64,000 nucleotides of DNA from Escherichia phage SR02: sequence record OQ870566.1; one strand, written 5' to 3'. The stretch's first letter is position 1, and each line of letters begins with the position of its first letter. The notes under the pieces were generated by a model. The model did no database searches and was not told the origin of the DNA. It was given only the letters and a program-made list of their open reading frames with translations. Both the position numbers and the translations under genes were made by a program. This document shows positions 57,524 to 64,000 of the stretch, piece after piece.

Positions 57524-58492
57524 TTACCAACTCCCTATTCTTATGCGAAGAGTTCCACTCCCATCATAAAAATCTATTCTATTACCATTCATCCACAACT
57601 GAGAACCACCTGTACCACCCATAACAAAATCACCACCAACAGTAAGTCTCCAGTTAGAACCCCACATAGAACCAGCAGTGATTTTATCCGCTGATAAGTT
57701 CTGAATCTGAGCATTGGAGATAGATACGTTATCAATCTGTGCCCATTGGATCCTAGCGTTGGCAATCTGAGCAGTTGTGATGTTGACGTTCTTTATGTCA
57801 GCGAACTCCATTCTAGCCCTACCACCCTCAAACACAAAAGGTGTGTTACCAGAGCTGCCATCACCAACAATAAACTTGTTAGCTGTTACTTGGAATTGAC
57901 TGTTTGTTCCGTTGTTAGTTAACTTGACCCCAGCATATCTTCCGTTTACTGTAGAGTTAATACCCCACGTAGCTTCATACTCAGAGAGCTTCATATACTG
58001 AGATAGGCTTCCATTAATATTTTGAATCTCTGTCTGAACTAAAGCAATCTCTTGACCTTGGTCATTGACAATACCTTCTACCGTTTGAATCTTAGTTGTG
58101 TTACCCTCAATACTTGTTTTAAAGCCAGATACAGTGCTTTCTAATTTTACAGGAGGTTGAACAGAATTATCCCAAATATCTTCAGTGGAGAGATTCCCCA
58201 TCTGTGTTTGGATATCGGCAATAGCTGTCTCTATCTCTGTAGTAATTCTATTCTCAAGCTCATCAAATTGTAAGTTCATCGCATGGAGAGCTTTGATACG
58301 AACATCAATCTCATCGTGAATCTCATCAATAGCTTGGAACATTTGGTTAGTAGCTGTACTAACTTTTTGTAGCTCATCATACACGGCTACGTTGTATGTT
58401 TCTGTGTCCTGTACATTATTGAGAAACCCAACGTTGTACGGGAGTGTGGTGTTGTTGCGACCAGTGTTCTTACGAAAACCACCTGCACCCAT
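57524..58492 (-). CDS. tail fiber-like protein (coiled coil + C-terminal beta region)
   Basis: Start moved to ATG 58492 with GGAGGA RBS. Confidence 0.6.
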   Translation of the reverse strand: MGAGGFRKNTGRNNTTLPYNVGFLNNVQDTETYNVAVYDELQKVSTATNQMFQAIDEIHDEIDVRIKALHAMNLQFDELENRITTEIETAIADIQTQMGNLSTEDIWDNSVQPPVKLESTVSGFKTSIEGNTTKIQTVEGIVNDQGQEIALVQTEIQNINGSLSQYMKLSEYEATWGINSTVNGRYAGVKLTNNGTNSQFQVTANKFIVGDGSSGNTPFVFEGGRARMEFADIKNVNITTAQIANARIQWAQIDNVSISNAQIQNLSADKITAGSMWGSNWRLTVGGDFVMGGTGGSQLWMNGNRIDFYDGSGTLRIRIGSW

Positions 58493-58510
58493 AAGTTCCT
58501 CCAAAACAAT

Positions 58511-58530
58511 AAAAGGGGCACGAAGCCCCT
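58511..58530 (-). terminator. hairpin/terminator-like element between tail genes
   Basis: GGGGC-ACGAA-GCCCC with T-run on minus strand. Confidence 0.4.
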
Positions 58531-58535
58531 TGTTG

Positions 58536-61500
58536 TTATCTCCGCCCGCCAACAGCAAACTCTATCGTTAAACCATTGATAGCAGCATTACTGTTAACAT
58601 CATTATCTATAACATTATAGAAAAGGTATGGATGGTTCAGTCTCACAGAGACATGCCTGTCAACACCGATCGTGTATGTCTTAGATGTGTGTGGGTGTCC
58701 ATATTCATTTGAGAATTGACTACCACCAGCTTCAAATATGTAAGTACCTGAGCCAGTTGTCTGAGGACGGAATCTATTAATATGCTTCTGATTCCACTCA
58801 TTTGTCACATTATCAAAATCTATACCAGTTCTCTCCAACCTCATCTCCAGAGGCTTCTCTATAACAACATCATTTAACCTGTCATAGAAATAATCAAGAG
58901 CACCTACATCCACTTGATAGAATCCCCTCAAGAACGAACCTACTATCGTAACCCTCTGTCTAAAGTTTGTTGCATCCTTTCTCCAAACGAGTTCTTTAAT
59001 AGATGGGTCATCCCAAGTGATTTCTTGGAAGTCAGACCAGATTGGACCTCTTTCTAAAACAGGAGGATCAACAAGACCAATACACTGAGCATATGGAATA
59101 GTACGGAAAGACCAAGTATCAAACTCATAATTCCATACAGCAGCCTTGGTACAAGCGAAGCTTTCTTTTGGTTCTCCCGGACCTACGTACAGAACCCAAA
59201 CTTCTTTCTTATCCTGATGCAAGTGTACTCGAGTTGCTAGAGGATTGACCAGACACACCTCATTAATCAGCATGTTCTTAACACGGTTAGATGCAATTGA
59301 CTTCTTGGTTGCACCATTATGTAAGATTACATCGTTCTGAGTGACTACGAAGTGACTACCTTCTACTTCAACCACACACTCAGGAGCAAGGATACCAGAG
59401 TCGTTAAAGAGCTTCTTGAACATTAGAGGTTGGTACGTGTTATTAGTCGGAGAACCAATATACGTTTCAAACTCTGTGTAAACGAACAAGTAATCTTTAA
59501 GAGGCAGAATATCAATCAAGCTACCATTAGAGTCAGCTAAGTCAATGTAACCAGCATACCCATTCTCTAGAGCCTGAGTCTGCCCTACGATGTTAGAAGC
59601 TAAGTCCGAAGACACAACTCGATCATAGGCAAAGTCATCCCACAGTGTAGGAGCCTTGTTCTCATTGGCAAAGTTAGACCAACGAAGACGAAGCGGATAG
59701 TTAGTGGTAACACCAGAAGCATTAGCCTCTCTCATATTCAGAGCAAAAAGGCGGTTGTTAAAAGATCTTACTCTTTCACATTTCCAGTTAAACTTCTTGA
59801 CTGAAGGGTTTCCATCATTATCAACAACTGTTTGCTCACCCCATCCCGGAAGATCTACAAAGTATTCCGATTCGAATTCTTTTACCTGAGGAGTTTCATA
59901 GTGAGTTGTAGCAACTGCACAGTTAGAGATAACAGCGTGATACCAAGGATAGTCATCAAAAGCATCGTAATCTTTCTGAGTCATCTGACTGACAGTACAT
60001 GTTACGTTAATCTCCCCTTTACGAAGAGCAACCAGTTTGATAGATTTACCAGTAACTGAGGTTGTAGAAACATAACCAGTTTTATCAACAGACCACTGAT
60101 AAGAGTACTCACCTTCTGGAGAAGCTGTGGCTGTAATGACAATCTCTTCACCAACATCAAGAGAAGCGCTGACAATATCTAAGGTTACAGATGACAGAGG
60201 GGTTGCCAGTAAAGAAGCTCTTGCAAAACCTTCAATGTCATTCACGTTAGAGTAGTCATAGAAGTTGTTACCTTCATACATCCCTGACGTATCAATACCG
60301 GATGTAGGCTCAGCAAAATAAACCGTCTCTTCACTTTCAGGAGGAGTTACTACTTCTTCCTCTTGAGTTTCTACTGACTCTGACATAGGAGCAGCAAATG
60401 CCATAGCACTTGTTCTCATTGTCCTTCCAGCTAAATCTACACGTACAGTACAGACAGCAACTCTATTACCTTCTTCAGTGGTAGCTGTAATCTCAGTAAA
60501 ACCAGCAAGTAGAGCATTTACTGTCCCTTGTGTGCTAGTCCCTGATACTGTTGCAATATTTGGATTAGAAGAGGTCCAAGTAATATTTTGATTAGGAGCA
60601 TTAGCAGGAGAAAGGGTAGCAGTTAAGATATACTGAGAACCTCTACTCACAATAACATCTGACTGGCTTAAAGAGATACTATCAATCTGAGGAATGGAAA
60701 CAATCTCACAAGAAGCAGTCTTAGTTCCGTTATCAGCAGTGATTGTTACATTACCTTCTCCATTCGCTGTAATGACAGCAGTTAAAGAGTTGGCGTTAGG
60801 AGTTACAGATACAATAGAAGCGTTATTGCTGGACCAAGTTACAGGAGTCTTGCCAGTAACAGCCGTGAGAGTAGTAGTCCCTCCTTTACGAATTGTAACA
60901 GTGTCTTGACTCAAGAAGATGCCTGAATCACCATCGACGATATTAACAGCAATCTGAGCCACTACGGATTCATTGGCAGTAGAGATAGTTACTACAAGAT
61001 TACCCTCTTTCTCAAAAGATGTTAGAGTAGCAAGTTTAGAGTCACTAGGGTTTACCGTAACACTTCCATAGGCCGAGTTACTAACCTCCCAAATAAGATC
61101 GGTATTGTTAGCATCAGCAGGGAGAAGAGAAACCTCTAGATTCTTGGTCTGATTGAAGTTCATTGAGATAGTTGATTCTTTAGGAACGATCTGAGAAACA
61201 ACCGGATAAATCTTAATTGAGGCAGAAGCCTTCTTAGTGACTGTAGCAACCTTACGGCTAATGTCAGTCAAGCTTTCATCTGTCAGTTTATATAACTTCT
61301 TATCCGTACCTACAACAAGAAAGCTATTACCTGCGCTATAATAATCGAAAGGCATAGATATGAAAGACAGAGGGGTTAAATCCTTATCTTCATCTACATA
61401 AGAAAGAGGGGCATTGCCCCCCGTCTTAAAGACTCTCTGCTCAACAAATCGAGCATTTATAGCATTAGTGAAAGCATTAGGAGCTAAGTCTGTCGGAGCC

Positions 61501-61553
61501 TGATCAGCGATAACGCCTATAGCACCTAACGACTTTATTGGATACAGCGCCAT
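58536..61553 (-). CDS. large tail protein with three Big_2-like Ig domains (1005 aa)
   Basis: AAGGAGG RBS; three ~80-aa Thr/Ser/Asn-rich repeats (e.g. ITWTSSNPNIATVSG). Confidence 0.75.
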   Translation of the reverse strand: MALYPIKSLGAIGVIADQAPTDLAPNAFTNAINARFVEQRVFKTGGNAPLSYVDEDKDLTPLSFISMPFDYYSAGNSFLVVGTDKKLYKLTDESLTDISRKVATVTKKASASIKIYPVVSQIVPKESTISMNFNQTKNLEVSLLPADANNTDLIWEVSNSAYGSVTVNPSDSKLATLTSFEKEGNLVVTISTANESVVAQIAVNIVDGDSGIFLSQDTVTIRKGGTTTLTAVTGKTPVTWSSNNASIVSVTPNANSLTAVITANGEGNVTITADNGTKTASCEIVSIPQIDSISLSQSDVIVSRGSQYILTATLSPANAPNQNITWTSSNPNIATVSGTSTQGTVNALLAGFTEITATTEEGNRVAVCTVRVDLAGRTMRTSAMAFAAPMSESVETQEEEVVTPPESEETVYFAEPTSGIDTSGMYEGNNFYDYSNVNDIEGFARASLLATPLSSVTLDIVSASLDVGEEIVITATASPEGEYSYQWSVDKTGYVSTTSVTGKSIKLVALRKGEINVTCTVSQMTQKDYDAFDDYPWYHAVISNCAVATTHYETPQVKEFESEYFVDLPGWGEQTVVDNDGNPSVKKFNWKCERVRSFNNRLFALNMREANASGVTTNYPLRLRWSNFANENKAPTLWDDFAYDRVVSSDLASNIVGQTQALENGYAGYIDLADSNGSLIDILPLKDYLFVYTEFETYIGSPTNNTYQPLMFKKLFNDSGILAPECVVEVEGSHFVVTQNDVILHNGATKKSIASNRVKNMLINEVCLVNPLATRVHLHQDKKEVWVLYVGPGEPKESFACTKAAVWNYEFDTWSFRTIPYAQCIGLVDPPVLERGPIWSDFQEITWDDPSIKELVWRKDATNFRQRVTIVGSFLRGFYQVDVGALDYFYDRLNDVVIEKPLEMRLERTGIDFDNVTNEWNQKHINRFRPQTTGSGTYIFEAGGSQFSNEYGHPHTSKTYTIGVDRHVSVRLNHPYLFYNVIDNDVNSNAAINGLTIEFAVGGRR

Positions 61554-61562
61554 AATTCCTCC

Positions 61563-62366
61563 TTAGCTAATACGTCTCCAAATGTGAGCCGCTCTGAATG
61601 GTGGCAAAGTGTTAATAGGTTGACGAGAGATATCATCACGACCAAGACTCACACTACCAGAGATTGTATGAGAGTGTGTATCATTCTCTGTTCTCTGACT
61701 GTAACCCCCACCTGGACTATACCAGTTAGGTGAGCTGTTATGACCACTAGCATCCCCACGACCAAATACCATGTTGTGACTATGGGTGTTGCTGGATAAG
61801 GAGAAGCTGGAGCCATTGACTGTCATCAAAGGCACGTTCTCTGTACGAATGGTATTGAAGACACGACCACCTGTACCACCTGCTTGGAACTCAACTCTCT
61901 GAGCATTAGGAACAGAGCCATCAGGGTTTACAACACCAGTACCCATGATAACACCAGTCACTTTAGCCCAAGAGCCAAACCCTAAGGAGATTGAATCACC
62001 GGGGTTAATGTCTTCTTCAGTGATGTAGTAAGAACCAATTCGATAGAGCTTATTCTCCATCCAGTTCTTCATGAACGCTTCCATCTGACCTTTAGTAACA
62101 ACATCCTTGTCACCAGTTCCCGGAGTAACGTTCTTGATCATAAGACCACCAACATCCATTGCATCACCAGTAAACTTGAGCTTCTCTGACATAATCTTAA
62201 AGGTGTCAGAATCTATATCAACCGGTTCTGTAACATTGGGGAATGTGTTCTGTAACGTTTGCTTAATGAGGCGGATTTGAGCCGCCCCTTCGTAGATGTA
62301 ATCCCTGTCTCTAGGATAGAGTGGGTTTAAGTCGGTAATAACTACCGCATTAGTTTCGATAGCCAA
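61563..62366 (-). CDS. tail fiber/adaptor protein (TTG start)
   Basis: GGAGGTG RBS before TTG. Confidence 0.55.
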   Translation of the reverse strand: MAIETNAVVITDLNPLYPRDRDYIYEGAAQIRLIKQTLQNTFPNVTEPVDIDSDTFKIMSEKLKFTGDAMDVGGLMIKNVTPGTGDKDVVTKGQMEAFMKNWMENKLYRIGSYYITEEDINPGDSISLGFGSWAKVTGVIMGTGVVNPDGSVPNAQRVEFQAGGTGGRVFNTIRTENVPLMTVNGSSFSLSSNTHSHNMVFGRGDASGHNSSPNWYSPGGGYSQRTENDTHSHTISGSVSLGRDDISRQPINTLPPFRAAHIWRRIS

Positions 62367-62378
62367 AAGGCACCTCCA

Positions 62379-62870
62379 TTAATATTTACCTTCGGTGTAA
62401 AGATCAGCTTCTGCAACCCTTCTATTATGAAGACCCTGACTTCTCTGCTTCTCTCCCTTGACCGTTATTTTATCCCAACGAAGAAATTCGGAATATACAT
62501 CCCCTTTCACCTCTCCATTGATAACCTTCCTTAACTTAGATGTGCTCAAAGCCCCACTGCCAACATTGAAGTTGAAAGAAGTGAGTGCATCAAACTCATG
62601 AACTAGTAAAGGAACCTTTATGTTCTTCTGAGTAGCACGAACAGAGTCTTGTGTGTCTCTATCTAGCAGAGCTAGACAATCCTCTATAGAATACGTTAAT
62701 CCTTGTCTAACCGGATAACCATTCATATCGCGCGTAGCCCCTACACATATCGTCCAGATACCTGCGGAATCTTTATAAGCCTTTGTTCTCATACCTTCAT
62801 GCTTCATGATGAATTCCATTCCAGCTGGGCTTAAGTTTAGTTGTACAGGTGGCAATGCGACGTTATCCAT
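62379..62870 (-). CDS. lysozyme (GH24, T4 e-like)
   Basis: HEGMRTKAYKDSAGIWTICVG matches the E/D/T catalytic triad region. Confidence 0.8.
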   Translation of the reverse strand: MDNVALPPVQLNLSPAGMEFIMKHEGMRTKAYKDSAGIWTICVGATRDMNGYPVRQGLTYSIEDCLALLDRDTQDSVRATQKNIKVPLLVHEFDALTSFNFNVGSGALSTSKLRKVINGEVKGDVYSEFLRWDKITVKGEKQRSQGLHNRRVAEADLYTEGKY

Positions 62871-62899
62871 TTCTAACCTCCTTTTGTAGTCCCTTTAAA

Positions 62900-63118
62900 T
62901 TAAGGTAGTATCTTTCTCAGAGCGTTAGATTCAGCATCAGGGCAAATAACAACTAAGTTATTTTGAATTGTTCTCTGCTTACATTGAGAGCTGATCTTCT
63001 CTACTGGAGCAGGGACAGTTACTAATGGATGAACTGCGCCTACAGGAACTGCGGTGGATACCACAACACCTGCGCCTAAACATATTAAACCATATGCAGC
63101 TTGTTTCATCATTTTCAT
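62900..63118 (-). CDS. small membrane/secreted protein next to lysozyme (holin/spanin-like candidate)
   Basis: AGGAGA RBS; N-terminal hydrophobic segment, Pro-rich stretch. Confidence 0.45.
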   Translation of the reverse strand: MKMMKQAAYGLICLGAGVVVSTAVPVGAVHPLVTVPAPVEKISSQCKQRTIQNNLVVICPDAESNALRKILP

Positions 63119-63189
63119 TTGAGTGTCTCCTATATATTAACCTCTTGGGATATATTAGTTTCATTACTTACTAAGGGTACTTACTACTA

Positions 63190-63207
63190 AAGCCCCCGAA
63201 GGGGCTT
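63190..63207 (-). terminator. hairpin after tail fiber gene stop
   Basis: AAGCCCC-CGAA-GGGGCTT; weak U-tract. Confidence 0.4.
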
Positions 63208-63210
63208 ATC

Positions 63211-63999
63211 TTACTTCTCTGCTAACTTCGATTCCAGAACTTCAATACGCTTCAGAAGGTCTTGAACCACTTGCATAGTGTCAAGAAGCATTGGAGTAGT
63301 GTCTAGCTCTTTCTGCTCGATCTCTGGATCACCTTCCTTCATTCCTGGGTATTTGCGAGTTTTAACATAAAGAGGTTCCACTTTCTCTGCCTGTTGAGCA
63401 ATAACCCCACGGCGAACTCTTTCTTGTTCATCATTAGTGTATATAAAAGATTTGAAATTTAAACCCTTAATAACACTAATGGCTTTCTCTGGAGAGATAT
63501 CTCTAATCTCACGTTTTATTCTCTCATCTGATGCTCCATTTTTCGTATAACTAAATTGACCATCTTTAGTTGTGCCACTAATCTGCCCAAAGTGGTCGAA
63601 TAAATAGCGAGAAAAGAATCCCCCATCCCCATTGACATAAATTAAACCTTTGGCAAAATCGTCTGAACCAGGAGAGTATGCCCCAAAACCAGTCTTGGTA
63701 GGGTATCCAGTATCTATTGAGGAGAAGATATTAATACCAGTTGTGACCTTATCTCGAACCTGATTATCACTTATGACGTTAATCCCACCCCCTGTAGTCT
63801 CTCTTGAGTATCCAGAATCTAGTTGTATATCGTTCCAGCCCCGATTAACCCCTTTCAGTGAAATTGAAGTGCCAGCAGTATCAGGACCACTGTTGGTTAT
63901 TTGCAGCCTCCCTTTTTCATTAAAAGAGTAGTGACCAAGACTGCCTTCGGAAGTTTTAACATCGATATCACCAAATGCTTCAGATTTTCCATCACTCAT
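63211..63999 (-). CDS. tail fiber C-terminal fragment with intramolecular chaperone (peptidase S74-like) domain; 5' end beyond window
   Basis: DERIKREI...GVIAQQAEKVEP chaperone-like motifs. Confidence 0.65.
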   Translation of the reverse strand: MSDGKSEAFGDIDVKTSEGSLGHYSFNEKGRLQITNSGPDTAGTSISLKGVNRGWNDIQLDSGYSRETTGGGINVISDNQVRDKVTTGINIFSSIDTGYPTKTGFGAYSPGSDDFAKGLIYVNGDGGFFSRYLFDHFGQISGTTKDGQFSYTKNGASDERIKREIRDISPEKAISVIKGLNFKSFIYTNDEQERVRRGVIAQQAEKVEPLYVKTRKYPGMKEGDPEIEQKELDTTPMLLDTMQVVQDLLKRIEVLESKLAEK

Positions 64000-64000
64000 C

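Noticed and set aside
62979-63164. Embedded minus-strand ORF in another frame over the 72-aa gene (Rz1-like embedded spanin?)
   Set aside because: Product is Arg/Cys-rich with no signal peptide or lipobox; extends past the host gene start

Overview
The window reads as the left ~64 kb of a linear dsDNA phage genome with a T7-like replisome (primase-helicase, family A DNA polymerase, gp6-like exonuclease) and its own sigma-70-family sigma factor. The organisation resembles the phiEco32 group; this is inference from gene content and a recalled promoter motif, not a database result. Plus strand, 0.5-47.3 kb: an early region driven by strong sigma70-like promoters, including a ~1.9 kb ORF-free leader (2.5-4.4 kb) with tandem promoters; many small ORFs including a 7-8 member paralog family; a tRNA-Arg(TCT); a co-oriented cluster of two amidoligase-like proteins, a class-II glutamine amidotransferase, an ATP-grasp ligase and an AIG2/GGCT-like enzyme (15.2-24.6 kb); then a replication and nucleotide-metabolism module in which the DNA polymerase is split into separate exonuclease and polymerase genes ~9.5 kb apart, with HNH homing endonucleases, a CCA-type nucleotidyltransferase, dCTP deaminase-like, Dps-like, thioredoxin, ThyX-like and PhoH-like genes between them, followed by SSB-like, spanin-like, macro-domain, sigma factor, SLOG-domain, P-loop kinase, 5'-3' exonuclease and HNH genes. 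Minus strand, 47.4-64 kb: late genes (large internal virion proteins, lytic transglycosylase, tail proteins with Ig-like domains, GH24 lysozyme, and a tail fiber with a C-terminal chaperone domain that runs off the window end). Plus and minus transcription converge on a hairpin at ~47.44 kb. All functional calls come from motifs read directly in the translations; no searches were run.
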